In this document: positions 16,064 through 23,165 of the stretch, piece after piece | Numbering within the stretch: the first letter of the stretch is position 1 | How the letters are laid out: each line of letters begins with the position of its first letter | From: Eubacteriales bacterium | GTDB lineage: Bacteria > Bacillota > Clostridia > Oscillospirales > SIG627 | Direction: 5' to 3' | Length of the DNA stretch: 36,113 nt | Assembly: GCA_045595105.1 (NCBI GenBank) | Contig: JAZNZV010000114.1 | Location: forward strand, 1 to 36,113 | The notes under the pieces: generated by a model | The model's input: only the letters and a program-made list of their open reading frames with translations | Databases searched by the model: none | Told to the model about the DNA's origin: nothing | Made by a program: the position numbers and the translations under genes

Positions 16064-16639
16064 TTAAGCATATACGGTGCCCTGCACCAGCTTTTCAAAC
16101 AAAAGGTCGAACCATTTCCATTTTTTCATGTATTCAATAGTGTTGTCACCCAGCCCGAAAAGCTTTTTGGTGAGTGCTACAAAGGTCTCGGTACACAGAA
16201 AGGTCTTCACGCTGTATGTGTCTGTGACAGAGGCACTTTTTTCAATGAAAAAGCTCTTATATCCTCTCACGTCAAGATGTACCGCTCTGTTATTTATAAC
16301 CCCTATTCCGTCAAAGCCCAGCATCTCGGCAATTGCCGCAAGCTCATAGGAGGTATAGCCCTCCACTCTTATATCGGCGGCAAGCCCCTTAGTGTGCTGA
16401 CCTGCCTTTCCCGTGAGAAGCTTGTCGTATTCCTCGGTCCTATAACCGTCGGTTACGATTATGGGCTTGTATTTTACTGCCCTCGAGAGCTTTTCAAGCA
16501 TGATGATAAGCTCCTCCGAAATGAGAATTTTATCTCCGTCAAGAGAATTTCCACGTCTTGCACGGAACTCCTTTACTCTGAAATGGTCACTTAACTTGTC
16601 GTTTCCGTTTGTTTTATACGAATATTCTTTAACTGCCAA
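16064..16639 (-). CDS. Peptidase M15 (zinc D-Ala-D-Ala carboxypeptidase-type) cell-wall hydrolase, endolysin-like
   Basis: 191 aa. The blocks HFRVKEFRARRGN, VTDGYRTEEY, HTKGLAADIRVEG and AVHLDVR fit the Peptidase_M15_3/YcbK-like H-D-H zinc site. A ~60-aa C-terminal extension follows. No signal peptide. TTG start. Confidence 0.75.
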   Translation of the reverse strand: MAVKEYSYKTNGNDKLSDHFRVKEFRARRGNSLDGDKILISEELIIMLEKLSRAVKYKPIIVTDGYRTEEYDKLLTGKAGQHTKGLAADIRVEGYTSYELAAIAEMLGFDGIGVINNRAVHLDVRGYKSFFIEKSASVTDTYSVKTFLCTETFVALTKKLFGLGDNTIEYMKKWKWFDLLFEKLVQGTVYA

Positions 16640-16651
16640 ATTTTCACCTTC

Positions 16652-17614
16652 TTACTTAATGTATTCAATAATAACGGCACCGTCACCGCCGTCATATCCC
16701 GTCTTGAATTTGTCGCCGTTAAGCCTTGATGCCCCATATCCGCCACCGCCGGGACCTGCCTCGTCTCCTTCAAAGGCTCCGCCGTTTCCGAGAATTGAGT
16801 TTCCTCCCGCAAGGAAGAGTATGGCAGGGGAGGTAGATGAATTATAGAACCTTGTCACCTCGGGATATCCTCCGCTGTAATTCAGGTCACCGCCCTCGCT
16901 TCTTGCCCTTGCTCCAAATCCAATGACACCACCCGATGCCGTCAGCACTGTTTTTGCGTTGAGGGAAAGCGTGGTGTCACCGCCTTCGGTAGCACTTGAC
17001 ACAAGCACGCTGTCCTCGTCTATTTTAAGACCCTTGCCCTTCTCTCCCACAGTGACGGTACAAACGTCGCCTGCCGTCAGGTCAAGCCACTTTACCACTC
17101 CTGCACCTGCACCGCCTCCAATTCCTACCATGGCATTGGAGGGGTTTATACCTCCTCCTGCGCCTGCTCCTACCATGGTTATCTTGTAGGTGCCCGAACG
17201 CTCCACGTTAAAGGTGTGCTCACCCGGTGTCATAAATCGGGTACACCTTATAGACGCTGAGGTGAGGAAGTCGGAGATTTCATCGGAAAACTTGTCGGGA
17301 CTCACCGAGCCGTCGGGAATAACTCCGTTTACCAGCTCCTTTATCTGTTCGGAAATGGATATGAGCTTGTCCTGAACAGTGTCTCCCGAAATTATGTCTA
17401 TCTCCGACGAGCCTATCATGTCCGCACCCGACCGTCCGTTGGTGTAGGAGGCGAGCTCTTCTATGAGAGTGTTGTTGATATAATCCTTTATATCAATTCC
17501 CGCCTTATCGAAAAGTGCCTTCATGTCGTTGGCGGTGTAGCCCTGTTCGAGATTTGGGCGGTCGGGAAGCTTAGAAATATTATCAAGGTCTTTTGTTAGT
17601 TTTGTAAGCTTCAT
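16652..17614 (-). CDS. Tail fibre/receptor-binding-like protein with a glycine-rich C-terminal domain
   Basis: 320 aa. The N-terminus LPDRPNLEQGYTANDMKALFDKAGIDIKDYINNTLIEEL resembles the conserved N-termini of Firmicute phage fibre proteins. The C-terminus is Gly-rich beta-type (MVGAGAGGGINPSN, GIGGGAGAGV, GPGGGGYGASR, YDGGDGAVIIEY). Confidence 0.55.
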   Translation of the reverse strand: MKLTKLTKDLDNISKLPDRPNLEQGYTANDMKALFDKAGIDIKDYINNTLIEELASYTNGRSGADMIGSSEIDIISGDTVQDKLISISEQIKELVNGVIPDGSVSPDKFSDEISDFLTSASIRCTRFMTPGEHTFNVERSGTYKITMVGAGAGGGINPSNAMVGIGGGAGAGVVKWLDLTAGDVCTVTVGEKGKGLKIDEDSVLVSSATEGGDTTLSLNAKTVLTASGGVIGFGARARSEGGDLNYSGGYPEVTRFYNSSTSPAILFLAGGNSILGNGGAFEGDEAGPGGGGYGASRLNGDKFKTGYDGGDGAVIIEYIK

Positions 17615-17707
17615 AATTGTCTCTCCTTTATTTTTTATTTACTAAAAACAATCTCGCCGTTTTGTTTTATTTAGATTTATAAAACACAAGGATAGGCGAG
17701 AATTGCC

Positions 17708-17762
17708 AGCGGCGGCTCGCCGCTTTGTTATCAGCCTCCCCCCAAAAGGAGAGGGAGGCTGA
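17708..17762 (-). other. Two GC-rich stem-loops without U-tracts just downstream of the capsid gene
   Basis: The first is TCAGCCTCCC, a 12-nt loop, then GGGAGGCTGA (17731-17762). The second is AGCGGCG-GCT-CGCCGCT (17708-17724). The capsid stop codon is at 17773. Confidence 0.6.
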
Positions 17763-17772
17763 TAAAGAATTG

Positions 17773-18597
17773 TTATTCCGCAAGGGAAACGTCGATAAAT
17801 ACCATTTCCTTGGGGTAAACGATTTTTGCACCGTAAAGGTGAAGACCCTTTACAGCAGTACCGTTTCTGAGCTCAGGCTCATAAGGCTTGATAGAGTTTA
17901 TCTGCTCTGCAAAAGCGATAGCACGCTCTGTACGGGCAATACATCTGTAAAAGCCGTCGGGAGCCTTCTGAATGTTGTTGGTCACGTAAATGTCAAAGCC
18001 GAACATCTTACCGATGTAGCCCTTAGAAAGAGCGTTTGAGTTGTTGGTATCGGTGAGAAGATTTGCCATAACGAGTAACTGCTCAACTGCAGGGGGTACC
18101 TCAAGGGAAATAGTTGCGGAATTGGGAACGTTATTTTCCATGAGAATTCTTCTTGCATTGCTTATTACCGATACGATATTGTCGGCAGTAAGCCCTTCCT
18201 TGATAATGGCGGTAACGTTGTCGTCCTCAAGGGAATAGATGTACTGGTCTGCTACGTCACTGAGGGCGTCAGCCGCCTTCTTCATAGCCGCCTGAACAAG
18301 CTTGGGAGAGGACTGCACGTCGTCGATTGCATCGATGCAGAAGTTAAAGCCCTTCGCCTGGTCGATAACGAGAGTTCTTGTGTTGTCCGAGAGCACCTCG
18401 GGAGCAGGCATGTTGGTGTTCTTGGTGTAGTTGAACACAGTTACAGGACCAAGACCGTTTATCTTTACTCTGTCACCCTGTGTCTTTATCTCGCCCTCAT
18501 ACTCTCTTGATGAAAGCTTAACGCCTACGTAATTCTTCTGAAGCTCATCGTAAAGTGCTTCGCTCCATACTGTGGGAATAAAATTATTAATAGCCAT
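17773..18597 (-). CDS. Major capsid protein (HK97-fold, P22-coat/gp5-like family)
   Basis: 274 aa. The N-terminus MAINNFIPTVWSEALYDEL and the C-terminus AVKGLHLYGAKIVYPKEMVFIDVS resemble conserved ends of small HK97-fold coat proteins. It follows a scaffold-like gene. Confidence 0.7.
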   Translation of the reverse strand: MAINNFIPTVWSEALYDELQKNYVGVKLSSREYEGEIKTQGDRVKINGLGPVTVFNYTKNTNMPAPEVLSDNTRTLVIDQAKGFNFCIDAIDDVQSSPKLVQAAMKKAADALSDVADQYIYSLEDDNVTAIIKEGLTADNIVSVISNARRILMENNVPNSATISLEVPPAVEQLLVMANLLTDTNNSNALSKGYIGKMFGFDIYVTNNIQKAPDGFYRCIARTERAIAFAEQINSIKPYEPELRNGTAVKGLHLYGAKIVYPKEMVFIDVSLAE

Positions 18598-18636
18598 ATT
18601 ATTTTACCTTTCTACGGTTTTTCCGTAATCCTTTCT

Positions 18637-19047
18637 TTAGTTCCATTTCTCCATGGATTTCATTATTGTGTGATAGTTCTTTCTTATTTCTGCCTCGGTC
18701 ATGCCCTTCACGTCCTCGGGAGTGAAGAAGGCATCCTCTGTGGCATTTTTTACGTCAGGGGGAGCAGCTTTGAGGTTTTCTTCCTCTTTTTCCTTCTGCT
18801 CACCCTTCTTTTTCTCTTCCTTTAGGTAGAAGAGAGCGTACTCTGCGGCAAGTCCCTTGCCATTGTTACTTTTCTCAAAAACCTCATCGGGAATATCGTC
18901 CACGTTTACGTCGGGGAAAATCTCAAAGAGGGTCTTAAGCTCTTCTTCAAGATTTTTCTTCACGATTTTTTCGAGACGGTATTCTTCAATATCGGATTCA
19001 GAAAAAGCATCGATTTCTTTTAAAATCTTTTCTGTTTCTTTATTCAT
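18637..19047 (-). CDS. Scaffolding-like protein (acidic, helical)
   Basis: It sits directly upstream of the capsid gene and is rich in E/K (EEKKKGEQKEKEEENLK). The ATG at 19047 is preferred (AAAGGA 6 nt upstream). The track start at 19077 would add 10 aa. Confidence 0.5.
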   Translation of the reverse strand: MNKETEKILKEIDAFSESDIEEYRLEKIVKKNLEEELKTLFEIFPDVNVDDIPDEVFEKSNNGKGLAAEYALFYLKEEKKKGEQKEKEEENLKAAPPDVKNATEDAFFTPEDVKGMTEAEIRKNYHTIMKSMEKWN

Positions 19048-19066
19048 GTTTTTTCCTTTCGTAAAG

Positions 19067-20812
19067 TTATTTGGCATCAGTAAGTCTGCCCTTGATTTTC
19101 AGTGACAACAGGTGGAAGTCACCGTTGTTTTCGTCACTTTTTAAGATGATTTTAAAGCCACGACAGCGCTTGAGCTTTATTCTCTTTGAAAGCCTGACGG
19201 GGGTAATGGCAGTCTTAAAGCTGAATAAATCAAAATAAATGCTGTCAAAGTCAAACACTTTATAATCAAGCCCAACGCTATGGGCAATAGAAGTAGCATT
19301 GTCGGATACCCAAAGTATATCGAAGGAGGTTGCGCTGACGGGAAGAAGCTCAAATTCTACCGAATGTATGTTTTTGGTGTCAAGTCCCGATATATCCTCG
19401 TAGCCTGTTTCCCAATGAAAATCAATTTTCTTGTCACCGTCAAGGCTCTCGGAAATGAAACGGCAAAGACTTCCGTCATTTCTTTGAAAATAAACGTCGG
19501 AGGACGGTGCTTCGGTAAAGTATGCGGCATTCAGCCCCTCATAGTAATAATAAAGGTCAAGGGCGTAGTTATAAACGTAAAGCTTATCACCGCTCCATAA
19601 ATAGAGCTCACTCATGCTCTCTCTGTCGAAGAGAGAAATACCCCTTTCGCTTATTTCGTGAAGTCCCGCTTTGATGCGTTCTCCTATGTTTTCAGCGTTC
19701 CTTTCATCACGAATACTTGTAGATACCCAGCGGTACAAGCTACCGCTATGAACGGTCAGGGGAGTGTTCAGCGCAAGGACAGCGCACCCCTCCTCACTGC
19801 AACCGACAGTTGACGACAGAGTTCTGACGGGGAAGGAGAGATATTCCTTTCCGTTGGCATCGCTCTTCGTCTCAATGTAAGAATAATAGGCATCGGCTTC
19901 AGTGAATATGAGAAGCCTGTCATAATGCCTCAAAATAGAGGTCACCGCATTGCCCGACAGCGTCTTGTTAAAGGAAAGCTCGGGAAAATACTCCATTCCC
20001 GACACGCCGTCGTGAACTCCCGAATATCTGTAAATTGCAGGATTTTCCTTATCTCCCCACAAAAAGATACGGGTATCGTTGTCTCCTCCCCAAAGAGTGG
20101 CATATCTCATTTTGTGTATGAGCTCCTCCCCCTCCGACGGCTTTTTTGAGTACCTTACCTCAAAAGCATTCGGGTCGGTAGAGCTTGGTTCGTTTTTCAA
20201 AGAGACAATACCGCTTTCAAGGTCAACGGTATAGGTGTTTGTCGCAAGTGCTTCTCCGAGAACACTGACACTTATGACCTCGTCAATATCCTTTTCGGCA
20301 AGGATAAGGTCTCGGTGGTCCGAGTCCATGGTAAAGGACTGACGCCTTTCGGAAGTGAGAAGATTTATTTCTTCAAAGGCGATGCCACCGCCGTTAACGT
20401 CTGTGGATATGGCGACGAGAGGAACGTAAGGCTGAAGGTCTTTCACCTCTTCTCCCTGCCATACCTTTATTTTCGTTCCGTCGAGGAAATAAAGACTGTC
20501 TCCCAAGGGAAGGAAGGTGACCCTTCCACTGTCACTTTCAAGCGCTCCCACAGGGGTACTCTCCCCGTTATACCGACGGTAAACGGTGCTTCCTGCTACG
20601 AAGAAGATGCTGTCCTTGAAGGCGAAGACCCCTCGTGGCACACCCTCAAACCTTCCCAAAACCTCAAAGCCTTCTCTCAGGGCAAGGGTGTAGCTTTCGG
20701 TAACTCTCAGATTTTTCATACGAGGACTTTCTCCCACTCTCAGAACGGTGTCCGAGAAGGGCTCGTGGAGACCGAGAAACTTGTGTATTTCAGTTCTGAA
20801 GTTTTTTGCCAT
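19067..20812 (-). CDS. Beta-rich repeat protein, possible tail hub/nozzle (function inferred only)
   Basis: 581 aa with SD GAGGTGA. It has recurrent blade-like motifs: TVYRRYNG, LYFLDGTKIKVW, AIYRYSG, GSLYRWVS, KLYVYNY, VYFQRNDGS. No Walker A and no TM segment. Confidence 0.35.
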   Translation of the reverse strand: MAKNFRTEIHKFLGLHEPFSDTVLRVGESPRMKNLRVTESYTLALREGFEVLGRFEGVPRGVFAFKDSIFFVAGSTVYRRYNGESTPVGALESDSGRVTFLPLGDSLYFLDGTKIKVWQGEEVKDLQPYVPLVAISTDVNGGGIAFEEINLLTSERRQSFTMDSDHRDLILAEKDIDEVISVSVLGEALATNTYTVDLESGIVSLKNEPSSTDPNAFEVRYSKKPSEGEELIHKMRYATLWGGDNDTRIFLWGDKENPAIYRYSGVHDGVSGMEYFPELSFNKTLSGNAVTSILRHYDRLLIFTEADAYYSYIETKSDANGKEYLSFPVRTLSSTVGCSEEGCAVLALNTPLTVHSGSLYRWVSTSIRDERNAENIGERIKAGLHEISERGISLFDRESMSELYLWSGDKLYVYNYALDLYYYYEGLNAAYFTEAPSSDVYFQRNDGSLCRFISESLDGDKKIDFHWETGYEDISGLDTKNIHSVEFELLPVSATSFDILWVSDNATSIAHSVGLDYKVFDFDSIYFDLFSFKTAITPVRLSKRIKLKRCRGFKIILKSDENNGDFHLLSLKIKGRLTDAK

Positions 20813-20822
20813 CTATATCACC

Positions 20823-21221
20823 TCAATACACGTTCTTGACCGAGGAGTGAGAGGCTACCGAGTAACCCTTCACTACTCTCTCTTCACTTTCTCTGAAAAG
20901 GCTCATGAAGTAGTCGGCACGCACGCTGTCCTCCTCAAGTATCATAACCGACGCCAGATAAAACGGCATCACTCCCGAGGTGAGGGCATCGTGGAGAGGA
21001 ATAGTGTCGTCGAGGGCTTTTATCCCCTCAAAGGGAGTATCAAGGTCCCTTATTTTCTTTCCTCTTATAATGCACTCCGAGGGCAGGAGAAGAGTTATGA
21101 TAGTGTTGATTATTTCAGGGGCATTTTTTTCAAAGTCGGTGACGTCGGTATGGTATGCACCCACTCCGTCACGCTCATTTATAAGGGATAGCGCTCGGGT
21201 GTAAACCTGTCGTGCTGTCAT
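20823..21221 (-). CDS. Small structural protein, possible head-tail adaptor (inferred from position)
   Basis: 132 aa from the ATG at 21221 (SD GGGAGGAG 5 nt upstream). This start lies 47 nt inside the 3' end of the portal-like ORF. The track start at 21299 is unsupported. Confidence 0.35.
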   Translation of the reverse strand: MTARQVYTRALSLINERDGVGAYHTDVTDFEKNAPEIINTIITLLLPSECIIRGKKIRDLDTPFEGIKALDDTIPLHDALTSGVMPFYLASVMILEEDSVRADYFMSLFRESEERVVKGYSVASHSSVKNVY

Positions 21222-22761
21222 AAGACTCCTCCCTTCGCATTTTACAGTCTTCGATAAGGGCTTCCTTTGACGCAATGTACCCCTCGGGCAATCTTTCAAG
21301 ATACTGCTCTAAGGTGATGAGTCCTGCAGTCAAGAGCTTTTCAAGAGTGGCAAGACTTGCCGCCTCACTCCAATATCCCGTCATACCTGCCGAAACGTTG
21401 CAGGAGAAGATGACGTCACGGTATACTTCAACGTCTGCCATCTCTCCTCTCAGCTCTCCCTTGTCACGCCACATCATCATGCGGTGTCGGTCGTAGTAAT
21501 TCAGAATATAGTCCACCCAGATAAGACCCAGCTCCTCAATCGCCATATAAAGCGCTCTCTTCTGAATTTCAAGAGGCACCGACGATGACTCCTGAAGAGC
21601 AATTATCGCCGAGGTGTTGTTGGCATCAACGTTACCAAGAGCCGCATCGGTTGCTCCCATAAGCTCTCGTGTCATGTTCATGGTAAGACTTATTACGTCG
21701 AGAAATCCCGACTGCATGACACCGGGGGAGAGCACCTCGGCAACGCTGTCAACGGGACCGTTGACACCAATTGCCTCACCTACCTCGTTGGTCCATTCGT
21801 CAATGACGTTCTGGTTGTATACCACCTTTGAGAAGGACACGTTTATCATGTGCTTCATTACCATGGCGAACGCCTTATTGATATATATCTGATTTTCAAT
21901 AAGACCTGTTCCCGCTGCAGTTCCGTGATAGGAATTCTTGGTAGAGTCCCAGTTCATAAGAACAATGGGGTAAAGGGAGAGCTTGGTATCAACCTCATCG
22001 CAAATAACGGTGTTTTTTGTGCTCTTGCGATAGTGTATTCTTCCGTCCTTTCGGTAAAGCTTTATAACGTAGGTACACTTGGTGTCGGAAAGCTCCTTTT
22101 TCCCGTTGTCTCCCGCTTCGTCGGTGGTGTCGCTGTCAGCGGTTATTCTTTCAACGTCCTTTACGCCATTAATCCTTGCCTCTTCTCTCAGCTCTTCCAC
22201 AAGTCCTCTTCCCGAAATGAGAATGTAGGGCTGTGACTGAACCTCAGAGGTATTGACGTCTCCGAAGAAAACGTTGGTGGAGTCAAGAAGCTTTGTGGCA
22301 AAATCCCCTCTGTACTTCTGAGACGTTCGCTTGTTTCTGTCCCAGTAAACGTAAAGGAACATATCACCGCTGAGAGCCGCATCCTTAACACCCTCGTAGA
22401 GAAGGGCAGTCAGGTTGTCCTTTTCAAATCGGTAGTTAAGGTAAGAGGATATGAGGTTACATACTCTTGTAAGCTCATCTCTCGTCTCCTTCTTGTAGAT
22501 GACCCCTGCACTCTCAGCATCAATCTTCAAGGCAACCTTCGCCGACATAATATTCGATACGAAATAGCCGATTACTCTCTTGAAGATATTGAAGACGGGT
22601 GTGGGAAGTCCTCCGCTGACTACTCCGTTCCATTGGTCGCCACGCCAGAAACGTTCGTTTTTACTCACGCTTTCGTAAAAGCCAATGCTCCTGTTGTAGT
22701 CTCTGCCCTTTTCAAGAAGCTTCCAGTCTTCAGAGAGGACTTCTTTTGTTTTCATTTTCAA
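21175..22761 (-). CDS. Portal-like protein
   Basis: 528 aa and the first large gene of the structural operon. The NERFWRGDQWNG...LPTPVFNIFKRVI region and the central GATDAALGNVDANNTSAIIALQESS region resemble portal families. No Walker A, so it is not a terminase. The start is TTG at 22761 or ATG at 22755. Confidence 0.55.
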   Translation of the reverse strand: MKMKTKEVLSEDWKLLEKGRDYNRSIGFYESVSKNERFWRGDQWNGVVSGGLPTPVFNIFKRVIGYFVSNIMSAKVALKIDAESAGVIYKKETRDELTRVCNLISSYLNYRFEKDNLTALLYEGVKDAALSGDMFLYVYWDRNKRTSQKYRGDFATKLLDSTNVFFGDVNTSEVQSQPYILISGRGLVEELREEARINGVKDVERITADSDTTDEAGDNGKKELSDTKCTYVIKLYRKDGRIHYRKSTKNTVICDEVDTKLSLYPIVLMNWDSTKNSYHGTAAGTGLIENQIYINKAFAMVMKHMINVSFSKVVYNQNVIDEWTNEVGEAIGVNGPVDSVAEVLSPGVMQSGFLDVISLTMNMTRELMGATDAALGNVDANNTSAIIALQESSSVPLEIQKRALYMAIEELGLIWVDYILNYYDRHRMMMWRDKGELRGEMADVEVYRDVIFSCNVSAGMTGYWSEAASLATLEKLLTAGLITLEQYLERLPEGYIASKEALIEDCKMRREESYDSTTGLHPSAIPYK

Positions 22762-22764
22762 TCC

Positions 22765-22941
22765 TTATCGCCTCCTTTCTTTTTTATGGTCATAGGATAT
22801 GATGTTTTGCCAGAAGTCGGTGCCCCGTGGTTTTTCCACTGACGGTTCGGTCTTCTCTTCCTGAAGAAGTCTTATTATCTTAACTACCCCCAAAAAGCAC
22901 AATCCCTCAAGAAGCAAAAGAATAAGTATCAATGCCGTCAT
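22765..22941 (-). CDS. 58-aa single-pass membrane protein (holin-like features), first gene of the phage-like operon
   Basis: Sequence MTALILILLLLEGLCFLGVVKIIRLLQEEKTEPSVEKPRGTDFWQNIISYDHKKERRR. A strong SD GGGAGGTGA lies 4 nt before the ATG at 22941. One TM helix is followed by a highly charged tail. Below the ORF-track cutoff. Confidence 0.5.
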   Translation of the reverse strand: MTALILILLLLEGLCFLGVVKIIRLLQEEKTEPSVEKPRGTDFWQNIISYDHKKERRR

Positions 22942-22970
22942 AAATTCACCTCCCTTCTCCTGACGTTTTT

Positions 22971-22999
22971 AATATATCACAAAGTCCACTGCCATTCAA
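22971..22999 (-). promoter_or_regulatory. Sigma-A type promoter of the phage-like operon
   Basis: Minus strand reads TTGAAT (22999-22994), 17 nt, then TATATT (22976-22971), preceded by TGA (extended -10). It lies about 30 nt upstream of the ATG at 22941. Confidence 0.6.
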
Positions 23000-23025
23000 T
23001 GACATGGCACTGCCAAAGACTGCCA
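22988..23025. promoter_or_regulatory. Cluster of ACTGCCA/TGGCA motifs (candidate operator)
   Basis: ACTGCCA occurs at 22988-22994, 23009-23015 and 23019-23025. The 11-bp palindrome TGGCACTGCCA is at 23005-23015. The first copy overlaps the -35/spacer of the phage-like operon promoter. Confidence 0.5.
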
Positions 23026-23165
23026 TCTTTTTGGAAGGTGGTAAAAAGTGCTATTTTATAGGGGCTTTGAGGATTTTTAACTTTCATTTTTTTGTAAGTC
23101 TTTACCTCTTTTGCATAAATTTTCACCTATTTGAGAATACTGTCGCCGAGAAAGGTGTTGACTTT

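Larger units (their letters stand above)
15110..22941 (-). mobile_element. Phage-derived (podovirus-like) head/tail/lysis gene cluster, one operon; no terminase, integrase or replication genes
   Basis: Nine tightly packed same-strand ORFs are bounded by a promoter (22971-22999) and a terminator (15042-15071). See the individual CDS entries. Confidence 0.6.

Noticed and set aside
19067-22761. The 528-aa or 581-aa protein considered as a large terminase.
   Set aside because: Neither contains a Walker A GxxxxGK[ST] motif or a recognisable Walker B/nuclease pattern. Sequence character and position fit the portal-like and beta-repeat structural roles better.
23005-23025. A sigma-54 type promoter suggested by TGGCAC / TGGCAG-N-TTGGCA.
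   Set aside because: On the plus strand, TGGCAC is not followed by TTGC at the correct distance. On the minus strand, the GG-to-GC spacing is one base short of the -24/-12 consensus. A repeated operator half-site explains the pattern better.
23004-23165. The 54-codon N-terminal extension of the giant ORF (track start at 23004, MALPKTAIFLEGG...).
   Set aside because: It has no SD and overlaps the TGCCA repeat/operator region and the likely promoter space. The ATG at 23166 has SD AAAGGTG and starts a sensible N-terminus (MEKSKIKELL).
15003-23165. Attachment-site style direct repeats flanking the phage-like cluster.
   Set aside because: Comparing 15003-15109 with 22942-23165 by eye showed no shared block longer than a few bases. 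There is also no tRNA or integrase. A proper alignment would be needed to exclude short att cores.
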